DNA of 64,000 nt, taken from the NCBI GenBank assembly GCA_964658305.1, contig OZ210885.1, positions 13,454,001-13,518,000 of the forward strand, in the 5' to 3' direction. A model generated the notes under the pieces. The model had not been told where the DNA came from. It made no database searches and saw nothing but the letters and a program-made list of their open reading frames with translations. Source of the DNA: Leptogorgia sarmentosa (Eukaryota). Every line of letters starts with the position of its first letter. Position 1 is the stretch's first letter. Shown piece by piece: positions 49,805-60,881 of this stretch. The translations under genes and the position numbers were made by a program.

Positions 49805-50050
49805 GTGACACTGTTAAAATGGTTTGGTTTCAGAAAACGAGTTTGAAAATGTGAACACAAGCTGCTTCATTTATTGATTGCCACGCCCATATGTGCAGTT
49901 TTACAACATTTTGTCTATTTTTACAACTGTGAAAAAATCACTATCAAGTGGATAAAGTTGATATCTGAATTTCGTACAACTGGCCTCTGATTCTATCGGC
50001 AATTAATGCCGTAATTGGATTTATATTCTGAGTTTCAATGGGAAGAATTT

Positions 50051-50123
50051 GCCTCGTTAGCTCAGTGGTTAGAGCACTGGTCTTGTAAACCAGGGGACCA
50101 GAGTTCAAATCTCTGACGAGGCT
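50051..50123 (+). tRNA. tRNA-Thr: tRNA-Thr(TGT)
   Basis: Full cloverleaf, G6-C67 pair. Confidence 0.9.
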
Positions 50124-50273
50124 TTATTTTCTTCGAAAACTTGGAAGAACGTGGAAGACGAACGCCCAGATTGTATTCTATGTGCCGTTCAGTGAGTTAA
50201 AACCTGATGAAATAAAAAAGCTATTCGAAGAGTACTATGTTGGAAAAGAATGATATGAGGATTTTAACATGTC

Positions 50274-50346
50274 GCCTCATTAGCTCAGGGGTTAGAGCAC
50301 TGGTTTCGTAAACCCGGGGTCCAGAGTTCAATTGTCTGATGAGGCT
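50274..50346 (+). tRNA. tRNA-Thr: tRNA-Thr(CGT), variant
   Basis: Full length with mismatches. Confidence 0.7.
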
Positions 50347-50567
50347 GTGTGAATAAGTGTTCATTGTGAATAAGAATTCATCCATTTCCGTATGGGTTAT
50401 TCGTTACAACGTATGCATTTAATTCTCCGGATTGTATGAGGAGTCTCACCTGAAACAAAATTTTTGAAGTGAGTTTATTTCATGAAAAACACGCGATAAT
50501 ACCGGAAATTAAGTTTAGTTAACTTCGTAATTGGATTTATATTCTGAGTTTCAGTAGGGAAGAAGTT

Positions 50568-50652
50568 TCCTCTTTTGCTGAGGGGTGAGAGAACTGGTCT
50601 AGAAAAACAGCTAGGAAACCAAAGGTCCAGAGTTCAGATCTCTGATGAGGCT
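50568..50652 (+). pseudogene. Degenerate tRNA-Thr carrying the 12-nt insertion
   Basis: CTGGTCTAGAAAAACAGCTAGGAAACC. Confidence 0.7.
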
Positions 50653-50898
50653 TTGTGAATAAGTGTTCATCCATTTCTTTTTTTGTAATTGGTTACAAAG
50701 TACGCAGTTAACTATCGAGATTGAATGAGAAGTGTGACCTGAAACAAAATTTTTGGAGTGAGTGTATTTCATGAAAAACACGTGATAATACGGCAATTGG
50801 CGCCGGGCCATGGCGGTGAAAACGCCAGATCCTAACCACTAAACCACATGAGAGTGATAACTTGTTGACTATTCCTGTGTTACAAAGCCAGTTTGATC

Positions 50899-50969
50899 TG
50901 CTTTGGCGGGGAATGGAACCCCGGTCTTCCGCGTGGCAGGCGAGAATTCTACCACTGAACCACCAACGC
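50899..50969 (-). tRNA. tRNA-Gly: tRNA-Gly(GCC), variant
   Basis: Full length, T-loop change. Confidence 0.65.
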
Positions 50970-51249
50970 AAAGTTATCTACTCTTTTCGTTGTAATGTTC
51001 ATATTCGACAAGATGCCGATCATTTACACCAAACACCTTTAAATAAAAATTTACAATAAGTTCTAGGAAATAGTTACACTTTAAACATGATCAGCAAGAT
51101 CAATTTTTTTGTGAAAAAGCAAGACATGTCAACAAAGACTTAAATACAGAAAACACCAAAAGAATGGGAAAGAGGGATAGGGCTAGTATAATAGCAGTGG
51201 TCTTGCTAATTTCTCAAATTACATTTTTCCCCTTCTCTCGCAAGTATTA

Positions 51250-51321
51250 TTCCCATGCCGGGAATCAAACCCGGGCCTTGGCGGTGAGAGCGCCAGATCC
51301 TGACCACTGGACCACATGGGA
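51250..51321 (-). tRNA. tRNA-Glu: tRNA-Glu(CTC)
   Basis: Full length, T-loop TTTGA. Confidence 0.75.
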
Positions 51322-51417
51322 GAAATATTTATCTTTTCTCGGAATGTGAAAATAACGATAATATTTTTAATTTGAATTTCGAAGAAAATTTCGAGAGACA
51401 GCGTGGCCAGAAGTGCT

Positions 51418-51498
51418 TGACCTTGAAGTGAATTGAACACTTAACCTTCTGATCTGGAGATCTGGAGTCAGACGCGCTACCAATTGCGCCACAAGGTC
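51418..51498 (-). tRNA. tRNA-Trp: tRNA-Trp(CCA) with 8-nt duplication at 37/38
   Basis: CTCCAG-ATCTCCAG-ATCAGA; otherwise identical to intact copies. Confidence 0.65.
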
Positions 51499-51584
51499 GT
51501 AGCGCTGTTAAAATGGTTTGGTTTCAGAGAACGAGTTTGAGAATGTGAACACAAGCTGCTTCAAATTGAAATTTTCAGAAAAAA

Positions 51585-51656
51585 TTCCCAGGCCGGGAAT
51601 CGAACCCGGGCCATGGCTGTGAAAACGCCAGATCCTAACCACTAGACCACATGGGA
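51585..51656 (-). tRNA. tRNA-Glu: tRNA-Glu(TTC), variant
   Basis: Full length. Confidence 0.75.
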
Positions 51657-51746
51657 GTGATAACTTAGTGACTATTCCTGTTTTACAAAGCCAGTTTGTT
51701 TCTCGTGTTGCAGTTGAAATTGAAATGCAACAAAATGAAAATAATC

Positions 51747-51817
51747 TGCGTTAGCGGGGAATCGAACCCCGGTCTCCCGCGTGGCAGGCGAGAATCCTAC
51801 CACTGAATCACCAACGC
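51747..51817 (-). tRNA. tRNA-Gly: tRNA-Gly(GCC)
   Basis: Full length, D-stem changes. Confidence 0.75.
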
Positions 51818-52095
51818 AAAGTTGTCCAATTCTTTCGTTATAATGTTCATATTCCACAAGGTCCCGAACATGTTCACCAAACACCTTCAAATAATAAATC
51901 AGAGTAAATTCTAGGAAATTGTTGCACTTAAGCATAATCAGCAAAATATTTTTTTTTGGAAAAGCAAAATCATGACAACAAAGACTTAAATACAAAAAAA
52001 CCCAAAAGAATGGGTAAGAGGGATAGAGCTAGATAATAGCAATCGTTTTGCTAATTTCTCGAATTGCATAATTTCCCCTTCTCTCGCAATTATTA

Positions 52096-52167
52096 TACCC
52101 ACGCCGGGAATCGAACCCGGGCCTTGGCGGTGAAAACGCCAGATCCCAACCAGTAGACCACATGGCA
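52096..52167 (-). pseudogene. Recombinant, degenerate tRNA-Glu(TTC)
   Basis: TTC-type upstream flank with CTC-type downstream flank. Confidence 0.7.
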
Positions 52168-52224
52168 GTGATAACTTGTTTCGTGAATATTTCTGTGTTC
52201 AAATTCAACAGAATGAAAATAATC

Positions 52225-52295
52225 TGCGTTAGCAGGGAATCGAACCCCGGTCTCCCGCGTGGCAGGCGAGAATTCTACCACTGAACCACCAACGC
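52225..52295 (-). tRNA. tRNA-Gly: tRNA-Gly(GCC)
   Basis: Full length. Confidence 0.85.
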
Positions 52296-52533
52296 AAAGT
52301 TGCTCAATTCTTTTGTTAAAATTGTTCATATTCCACAAGATGCCGAACATTTTCACCAAACACCTTCAAATAATAAACAGAGTAAGTTCCAGGAAATTGT
52401 TGCACTTTAAATCTGATCAGCAAAATCAATTTACGTGACGGAGCTACACATTATTTTATTGGAATTTTTTCAATCAATCGCAGTTAAAATCGAACGATTT
52501 TAATACCATTACGAATTTTCAGTGGTCATCGGA

Positions 52534-52564
<31 letters not shown>

Positions 52565-52690
52565 ACTTTATTGCAATACGCTAACTTCGACAATTATTTA
52601 CAAGTGGTTTCCACGAAGGGCGTATACACACAAAGAGCTAAATGTTAATTATATAAATTTTTTTGAAAATTTTTTTTTTTTTAAACCTAA
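52534..52690 (-). mobile_element. 3' tail fragment of a related LINE
   Basis: (CATA)n tail, AATAAA, and GGTTTCCACGAAGGGCGT shared with 32364-32381. Confidence 0.7.
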
Positions 52691-52774
52691 AATTTCTTTG
52701 CCAATTTTCAATAAAAAACGTTAAAAATTGATAAAAGTTAATACATCTATTTCTATATGTTTGCGCATATGTTA

Positions 52775-52847
52775 GTTTCCGTAGTGTAGTGGTTATCACA
52801 TGCGCATAACACGCGCAAGGTTCTCAGTTCGAACCTGGGCGGAACCT
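52775..52847 (+). pseudogene. tRNA-Val(AAC), 3' end at a rearrangement junction
   Basis: Homology. Confidence 0.7.
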
Positions 52848-53026
52848 GTTGAAACTCAGAACATGAATCCAATTGGGAAGTTAATTAAACTTAATTTCCC
52901 GTATTATCACGTGTTTTCATGAAATAAACTCACTTGAAAAATTTTGTTTCAGGTCACACTTATACAATCTGGAGAATTTAACTGCATACCCTGTAACCAA
53001 TCACAATGAAGAATTATTGACACAGC

Positions 53027-53099
53027 TGCCTCATCAGAGAATTGAACTCTGCACCCCTGGTTTGCGAAACAAGTGCACTAACCCCTGAGCTAATGAGGC
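53027..53099 (-). pseudogene. tRNA-Thr body with anticodon mutated to CGC
   Basis: Thr(CGT) flanks, several mismatches. Confidence 0.7.
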
Positions 53100-53248
53100 G
53101 ACATGCTAAAATCTTCCTAGTATGTTTTTCCAACATAGTACTCTTCCAATAGCTTTTTTATTTCATCAGTTTTAATTCACTGAACAGCACATGGAATGCA
53201 ATGTGGGCGTTGGTCTTCCACGTTCTTCAAAGTTTTCGAAGAAAACAA

Positions 53249-53321
53249 AGCCTCATCAGAGATTTGAACTCTGGACCCCTGGTTTACAAGACCAGTGCTC
53301 TAACCACTGAGCTAATGAGGC
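53249..53321 (-). tRNA. tRNA-Thr: tRNA-Thr(TGT)
   Basis: Full cloverleaf. Confidence 0.92.
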
Positions 53322-53560
53322 AACTCAAAAGCTTGCTGTAGAATTATACTACTTTGCCATCCTGCACTGATGTGATGTTTCAAAATGTTAAAAATGAGAG
53401 TGAAGACTATTCACTTGTTTTCATTCTTTGTAAAAGGTTAGCATCTAGTCTTTGATTGATTTATAATATGGAATATATTTCAAGCTAGTAAGCGGTACTC
53501 TGAGTTGCTTGAAGATTATTTCGCATTCTCAAAACTAACTTTTTGATAACGATACTTTTG

Positions 53561-53634
53561 AGCCTCATCAGAGATTTGAACTCTGGACCCCTGGTTTACA
53601 AAGACCAGTGCTCTAACCCCAGAGCTAATGAGGC
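53561..53634 (-). tRNA. tRNA-Thr: tRNA-Thr(TGT) with 8-nt anticodon loop
   Basis: Loop CTTTGTAA. Confidence 0.6.
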
Positions 53635-53881
53635 AAATTCTTCCCATTGAAACTCAGAATATAAATCCAATTACGGCATTAATTGCCGATAGAATCAGAG
53701 GCCAGTTGTACGAAATTCGGATATCAACTTTATCCACTTGAGAGTGATTTTTTCAACAGTTGTAAAAATAGACAAAATGTTATAAAACTGCGCATATGGG
53801 CGTGGCAATCAATAAATGAAGCAGCTTGTGTTTATATTCTTAAACTCGTTCTCTGAAACCAAACCATTTTAACAGTGTCAC

Positions 53882-53954
53882 GACCTTGTGGCGTAATTAG
53901 TAGCGCGTCTGACTCCAGATCAGAAGGTTAAGTGTTCAATGCACTTCAAGGTGA
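53882..53954 (+). tRNA. tRNA-Trp: tRNA-Trp(CCA), variant
   Basis: Full length with mismatches. Confidence 0.65.
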
Positions 53955-54049
53955 AGCACTTCTGGCCACGCTGTCTCTCGAAATTTTCTTCAAAATTAAA
54001 TTAAAAATATTATCGTTATTTTCACATTCCGAGAAAAGATAAATGTTTC

Positions 54050-54121
54050 TCCCATGTAGTCCAGTGGTCAGGATCTGGCGCTCTCACCGCCAAGGCCCGG
54101 GTTCGATTCCCGGCATGGGAA
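54050..54121 (+). tRNA. tRNA-Glu: tRNA-Glu(CTC)
   Basis: Full cloverleaf. Confidence 0.92.
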
Positions 54122-54416
54122 TAATACTTGCGAGAGAAGGAAAAAAATGTGCAATTCGAGAAATTAGCAAAACCATTGCTATTATACTAGCTCTATCCCT
54201 CTTACCCGTTCTTTTGGTGTTTTCTGTATTTAAGTTTTTTTGTTGACATGATATAGCTTGCTTTTCCACACAAAAAATAGATTTTACTGATCATGTTTAA
54301 AGTGTAACAATTTCCTAAAACATACTCTTATCTATCATTTGAAAGTGTTTGGTGAAAATGATGGGCATCTTGAATTGTGGAATATGAACATTATAACGAA
54401 AATGTTGGGCAACTTT

Positions 54417-54497
54417 GCGTTGGTGGTTCAGTGGTAGAATTATCGCCTGCCACGCCCTGCCCGCGGGAGACCGGGGTTCGATTCACCCGCTAACACA
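54417..54497 (+). pseudogene. tRNA-Gly(GCC) with 9-nt duplication at 37/38
   Basis: CTGCCA-CGCCCTGCC-CGCGGG. Confidence 0.7.
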
Positions 54498-54631
54498 GAT
54501 TATTTTCTTTTTTCATCCATTTTTTTTCCAAGCAGCCTTGGGCCTACGTCCCACGCGGTCACCTCAGAGTTACGTCAGTTGTAGATGTGAATGTTTAGTT
54601 GAACAACGTGAAACAGGTTGGTTGTAGCAAG

Positions 54632-54713
54632 GTAGTCGTGGCCGAGCGGTTAAGGCGACAGACTAGAAATCTGTTGGGAGTTTCCCGCGCAGGTTCAAAT
54701 CCTGCCGACTACG
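54632..54713 (+). tRNA. tRNA-Ser: tRNA-Ser(AGA)
   Basis: Full cloverleaf. Confidence 0.92.
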
Positions 54714-55026
54714 TTATGCAAAGTCTTCAACACTTTGGCCTCAATATGTAAACATGATTTTTTGGGGGAAAAACTCGAGGAGAGGAAGTTCTGTTCTGGG
54801 TGGTGGCGGCTGAGTGTTTTAAGTGACAGATTTCATGTACAAGTTTTCCATCCACAAATTCAACGGAAAGAAGCCGCGTTTTTTATTGTATTAAGGTTAT
54901 GAAACATGCCAAGAAAAATTTTGTATTTGAATATAAAATAGAAAATTACAGAAGTCCGTGAATTGATTATAGCTGCGTGTTTAAAAGTATATAATTATGT
55001 ACGTAATTAACCTAGTAGAGTACGCA

Positions 55027-55098
55027 GGGAGTGTAGCTCAGTGGTAGAGCATTCGACTGCAGATCGAGAGGTCGGTGGTTCAAATCCACCCGCTCCTT
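55027..55098 (+). tRNA. tRNA-Cys: tRNA-Cys(GCA)
   Basis: Full cloverleaf. Confidence 0.9.
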
Positions 55099-55296
55099 CT
55101 TATTCTACCTATAAAATGGAAAACTTTCAAATTCTTTAAAGCAGGCTGATGGGAAATATGCGACCCAAAGAGTTGAGATGCATATACTACGATTCGTGTT
55201 AAATCTATCTACCAATACTTGAAAACGATTACTAAAATATTTTGTTGGATTTTACTGGCAAATTGAAAATTTATTCATTTCGAAGTGCAAGCGAAG

Positions 55297-55627
55297 CAAC
55301 CTCGTCCCCAGGGCCTTTGTGGTGCAACGCGTGGTGGGAAGAAGGCCCTGGCAAAGGCTGGTTGTCACATGACCAAATTTTCCAACATATTTGGAAAATT
55401 TTTTCACTAAATAATCTGGTACTTTATTGGTAGAATAAAAAAATTCTTACAGCATACTAAGAGTGCATTTTATAAATATTCTTCATAATGCCGATACCTT
55501 AGTGCAAAAATTTTCCAAATATGTTGGTCATGTGATGTTGTTGGTATTTGGTCATGTGACAACCAGCCTTTGCCAGGGCCTTCTTCCCACCACGCGTTGC
55601 ACCAGAAAGGCCCTGGGGACGAGGTTG
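55297..55627. mobile_element. Long-TIR MITE with 9-bp TSD (possibly AcademH- or MULE-like)
   Basis: TIR CAACCTCGTCCCCAGGGCCTTT..., TSD CAAGCGAAG. Confidence 0.85.
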
Positions 55628-55729
55628 CAAGCGAAGGTCAATGCCTATGTAGTCGTGGCCGAGTGGTTAAGGCGACAGACTTCAAATGGGAAATTTATAT
55701 TTCTTTTCGGAAGGTTTTCAATGCAGTCA

Positions 55730-55735
55730 GTCTCT

Positions 55736-55779
<44 letters not shown>

Positions 55780-55803
55780 TTGGTTCGAGTCCAACCAGGG
55801 ACG
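55730..55803 (+). tRNA. tRNA-Asn: tRNA-Asn(GTT)
   Basis: Full cloverleaf. Confidence 0.92.
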
Positions 55804-55926
55804 TGTTTGGTGTGATGTTATTCAGACGTCGTGATGCTAAATGTAACCGAATTTTTTGCGTGGTGTTTTCTCTAAGGATTACGGAAGGTTTCAAAAAAGA
55901 GAACATCTTACTTGGTTAATTAACTA

Positions 55927-55998
55927 GGGCTTGCACGGGAATCGAACCCGGGACCTCTCGCACCCTAAGCGAGAATCATACCACTAGACCAGCAAGTC
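55927..55998 (-). tRNA. tRNA-Pro: tRNA-Pro(AGG)
   Basis: Full length, one acceptor mismatch. Confidence 0.82.
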
Positions 55999-56083
55999 AT
56001 TGATGGTATCAAAATGTTTTCTAATGTACTTTGTACTGACGGAGAAAAATGGGGGATTATTAATGTAATATCTTAGCCGTTCC

Positions 56084-56144
56084 ATAGAGGTTAGTACATT
56101 GCGTTGTGGCCGCAATAACCCAGGTTCGAATCCTGGTCTCGGCA
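56084..56144 (+). pseudogene. 5'-truncated tRNA-His(GTG)
   Basis: Homology to 21677 copy. Confidence 0.75.
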
Positions 56145-56311
56145 TCTGATTCAAACAGCAAAAGTATTGTAATTACGATTACGGACATCGTCACCGCTGA
56201 AGTTCTGTTTATTATTGCCGTTGGATGTGGCCTTGGCAAAAAATCAGATTTTGACCAAAAATAATATCCATTATTTTTATATTTCTTTTCGGAAGGTTTT
56301 CAATGGAGTCG

Positions 56312-56358
56312 GTCTCTGTGGCGCAATCAGCTAGCGCGTTCGAGTCCAACCAGGGATG
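56312..56358 (+). pseudogene. tRNA-Asn with internal deletion between two GTTCG
   Basis: GCGCGTTCG joined to AGTCCAACC. Confidence 0.75.
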
Positions 56359-56586
56359 TGTTTGGTGTGTTCAGACGTCGTGATGGTAAATGTAAGCATA
56401 TTTTTGCGCGGGGTTTTGATTTTATTCAGTTGGGTCTAAACGAAATTTTACTTTAATGATGCCAAAATATTCCACAAAATACGACAACTTTTGAAAAGCT
56501 TTTAATTTTGCTATTTTTCGAAAGAGTATAGAATTTAAATTACCAATTCATATTCGGTTTGTGCCGTTTTTCACCTGGCAATACAG

Positions 56587-56989
56587 GTTCTCCCACATTG
56601 GGCGAGATATTCAACTCAGCCCAAGACTGTCCTGATGTTGTTGATAAATTAGCTGGAGCAAAAGATGGATCTTGCTGGATCCTTCGGAAGAACCCACAAG
56701 GTACAAGCTCATGCTTCCGAAGCTGAAATCTGCATAATGAATCTTGCAAATAGTTTTTTAAATTATTTTAATTAGGTTTGGTGTTATATTCATACAGACC
56801 AAGGTGGATTAATTTGTGTTGGTTGGAATGAAGAATAGTCCAGTAAGTTGGACAGTCCCATCCGATTCGTCCCCGGTTGACCCACAAGGGCCGCCACACT
56901 GGTCAAGTGTTTCGGGCGATATCACAGTTCTTGATTTTAGAGTCCAGGTCTCAACAAACAAAAGTTTTGATGGCACAAGAGCAGACTGG
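56587..56989 (+). pseudogene. Exon remnants of a fibrinogen-related-like protein
   Basis: SAQDCPDVVDKLAGAKDGSCWI and DQGG(frameshift)LVGMKNSPVSWTVP...DFRVQ, bounded by AG/GT. Confidence 0.4.
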
Positions 56990-57154
56990 TAAGAATTCAC
57001 AAACTAATAATTTCTTGTTAACCATGCGCAAAGTCAGCACCGAGCTCGTCTTTTGTACCGACAGTGCACGTAGTGCGAGTTATAACAGGAAAATGATTAT
57101 CTCATACGAACATATGATTGAAACTTAAAACACTTTCTATCATATCAGCAACTT

Positions 57155-57612
57155 TACAATAAAGAATACCGAATGGTTTTCCGTGCAGGATTGCGTCATC
57201 CATGCACGTGGGATGTGGCGACTTTCGGAAAGCGTAAAAAATCACGAGCCGCAGGCGAGTCACTTTCCGAAACTCAAGCCACATCCCAAGTGTATGGATA
57301 ACGCCATCCTGGACGGAAAAATCATTTGGTAATTGTTTTATAAAATAACTACAGTGAAACAACGGAAAACCTCAATTTCTTTTCCATAAATACGAAAACC
57401 CTTGTTTGTTGTTTTCGATAGCAATTTGTGTTACTGTCAAATTTTCGTATTTTACTTTAATTTTATTGCCGACATTTTAAAAATCCCGTGACTCGTGAGC
57501 ATTGTGCTCGTGAGTAAGCATTCAGAATTTTCCAAGCAGGATACTGTGCAGGATTGTCAGATCTTGCAGGACTATTGACCAATCAAATTGCGTGTTTCAC
57601 TGTAGTTATTAT
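57155..57612. mobile_element. Hairpin plus inverted-repeat element
   Basis: Imperfect palindrome around GAGCCGCAGGCGAG and IR ATAACTACAGTGAAAC/GTTTCACTGTAGTTAT. Confidence 0.6.
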
Positions 57613-57858
57613 GTAACAGCCTTTCACGGCCGAAAACAATTTACTCGATAAGCGTGGTGACGTTATAACATGCTCAATAAGAGCAGACCTGAGTCATTAG
57701 GCACTCGAAATATTTTCTTGTCAACAGAGATAACTTTTCCCATATCAAGATCCCTTAAGGCCCGTGCACACGAGCGAGTTTTTGCTGGGATTTTCTCCTT
57801 CTGGTGGATGTGAACGAGTGGATTAACAAGGAATGTGCTGAGTGCGTGCTTTCTCACC

Positions 57859-58689
57859 CATTGAACTATATATAACTGGAAGGCTACCTTCATATTAACG
57901 GGAGCGAAAAAATTGAAGCCAAAATTTTGCGTGGAATTACCCCCAGACACGCGTGTCTGGGGGTAATTTCACGCGAGTTCAGCTACGTACGTGACATTCT
58001 CGCGCGGTATTCGGTAGAAAGGAGCGAACAAGTCAACAACATGTTTTCAAAAGGGAAAGTAGGAATTTGCGATGCGATAAAGAAGTGATTTTGCTGTTTT
58101 TTTACAGCTTCAAAGCCATTTCTAGTGGTATGAATACAGAAAAATTAAATTTTATGGCGATCAATTGAATTTCTGTAAGGTAAACTCGCCGAAAACAAAC
58201 GATTGTGTCTCGATTAAAACGGATCTCATGTGCTTGACATATTGATTCGAAAGCTGGCTACAAATGGAATCACAACAGATTTTAGTCTATGACTATGCCA
58301 TGGTCGCCTGTGGGCGAACAATTTTTGAAAAATGTCAAGAATAGACGGAAAATGACAGCCCGACATAGCAAAAGTGGCAAAACCTCAAAAGGCCACTTAT
58401 CGCCGTTCGGGTTTTTTTACAAAAAGCGCTAGTTTTTTCAGGCAGTACCATACAAAATTTGGCAAAAACTGGTCATTATTATGAAAACCAAACATTCACC
58501 AAATTTATGTTACATATAAATGATTCACATCTTCCTAAAATTATTTTTTGCGAGTTTTGTACAAGTTTTTTCAACAAAAAACAGAAATGTTTTTGTTTTG
58601 GCCGTGTCTACATTGCGTGGAAAGACTGGGGCCGATTTGGCTTCAAGTTTCCGGCCGGAAGTAGCCTTCCAGTTTTATTTAGTTCAATG
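57859..58689. mobile_element. Second, inverted copy of the P-like MITE at 31215
   Basis: Near-identical reverse complement; TTTCTCACC duplicated at the flanks. Confidence 0.85.
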
Positions 58690-59884
58690 TTTCTCACCAG
58701 AACATTTGTGACTGATCTACTCGTTCACATCCGTCAAAAGGAGAAAATCGCACTAGAAATCGCAGCGAAATCGCTCCGGCCTTTAGTCTGCAAACAAACT
58801 TATAAGGATCGATGGTCCAATGTTGTATCTGTAAAACAATGCTGATATGAAAAGATTTTAGAAAATACGACTAAGAGATAATGACGTCTGAAGTTCAGTA
58901 AGGTTTGCTGATAATGCTGTAAATGTGACGACCATTGCAAACATCATTGGTAATTTTACTTTTATTGACAAATATTCTATAATAATTCCATAGTCATGTA
59001 AACCAGCAAATACAACTAAAAATTTACATTAAAGTTAAAACAAAATCATTTTCAAATATACAGTTGCCTCTTATGTTAATTAGGCGAATTGCTGAACATT
59101 TCCAGATATGTTCACCGTTTAACTTATTCAGTGATACTGCCACACAGCTATTTCCTGCGGAAGCCTGGACAAGTGTATCTTAATTACTGACAATAGGGAT
59201 ATTGAATGATGAATGAGGTAAAATGTAGGAAACATTGAATCAGAAATGATCTCAGAAAATATGATGCCTGCATCCACTATCAAATTAATGACTTTCAAAA
59301 ATTAAGTAACGCACCGATTCGAATGGTGATTGTTTTGGTAAAAATAGTCATAGTCGAATATTAGTGTACAGGGTGTCCCAAAAAGCCCCAAAACCTTTGA
59401 AATTAGCGCATTGTGTGAATTTGAATGCCCAGCACTAAGCTAACCTCTAAGATCCCGTTTACATGGCACCGGATTAGCTTGGTCACGACATCAAATTTAA
59501 TTGTTTGAAGACGAGTGTGGCTCTTAATTAATTCTATGGTAACATTACAGAATTGTGTAAACGGGGTCTAAGCTAAGCTAATTTTGCAAGCCATTATTTT
59601 AGTTTATATTCAAAATTTGGCTTTAATCAATTCGGACGCACATTACAAGTATATCGCAATTTCTTTATTACCTTTTACGAATTTTTTCGAGTTCAAATTC
59701 AAAGGGCTTTCAAATTCCAACAATGCGTCAATTTCAATGGGTTTTTTTTTTGGGTCTTTATTTTACTTGGTATTATATTTTAGAGTATTTTTCATTGCAA
59801 GAAATATTGATATTGCTACTCCACATAACCTTGTTTCCACGTTTAATATTTATTTCAGACAATGTTGCAATTTCTCTAAAGTCT

Positions 59885-60210
59885 TCAACCTTTTGGTTGG
59901 AGTTCTTTTGAGTGCGAGGATAACTTATTAAGACGAAGGAAGCAGACCCGACCTCCTGCCAGGCCAACACAAACCATTCCATTTGAGCCACATGCTATGG
60001 CTAAAACATCCCGGTCGAAATGAAATTCTTCAACACACTCTCCATTTGATAGCTTCCACAGTTTCAGCGTCTTGTCATATTTCGAGCCTGACAAAAGTAA
60101 TTTACCTGCTGGCGCCAATGCCAACGCTCTGATATCCTCAGCATCTTCAATTGGAAATCTGTGGAGAACCTTTCCAGTTAAGAAGTTCTCAATCGCCAAA
60201 GAACCACGAC
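59885..60210 (-). CDS. Terminal exon of a WD40-repeat protein
   Basis: IRALALAPAGKLLLSGSKYDKTLKLWKLSNGECVEEF; TTTTAG acceptor at 60211; upstream exons not identified. Confidence 0.7.
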
Positions 60211-60881
60211 CTAAAAGTGTTTTAAAATTTTTAAATCTGTTAAAGCAATGTTATGCGAGGCAATTTTTGTGATCACTTTTGGATTGATAGCCATGTTTTA
60301 TGTTTATAGTAGCTGTTACGAACGAAAGATTTTGATCGCATATCATACCCAATGTTCTTTTTTTCCGAGGCAATTTTCGGTACAACGTGAGACGTATTTT
60401 AATTTGGATGTACAGCCGTTTTATCTAATCGCCATGTCACGCGAATGAATATTGCCATCACATGATTTTGTATTGTTAGCCGTGTTATCGAAAGGCTACG
60501 TTATACAGAATAATTATTTTGCCATTACGAACAAATTACATGACGCGCTTCCCCTCACCGACGGGAGAGGTAAAAAATTATGCATAACATTAACTAGAAA
60601 TGAACGCATTCAGCAACCTATCGCTTTAATAACCAAATGTGTTTTCAGAACATGAAGTATGTGTGTATTGTCTCGGGAAGCACGTCAAGTTCTATTTAAT
60701 CATCATAAATAAATTCTTTAATACTTTCAGATTTTGTAACATGCCATGTTTATAAGGAAATATAGACACAGTAAACTGCGATTTACGTGCACAAATTTCT
60801 CAGCAAGTTTCGTGAAAATGATACAGGTTTAAATCAGACGTTTCTTTGCAAGGGGCGGTATAAACTGTCTGTCGTACTATC

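Noticed and set aside
12990..55919. Many recurring 60-130 aa ORFs such as LVVRIWRFHRHGPGSIPG or CVGGSVVEFSPATRE
   Set aside because: They are translations of tRNA genes and their spacers
13304..56358. Nonsense-suppressor or selenocysteine tRNAs
   Set aside because: No intact copy has a TCA, CTA or TTA anticodon; Ser(TGA) reads TCA codons
56540..57000. Minus-strand ORFs in the track
   Set aside because: Splice signals and motifs favour plus-strand exon remnants
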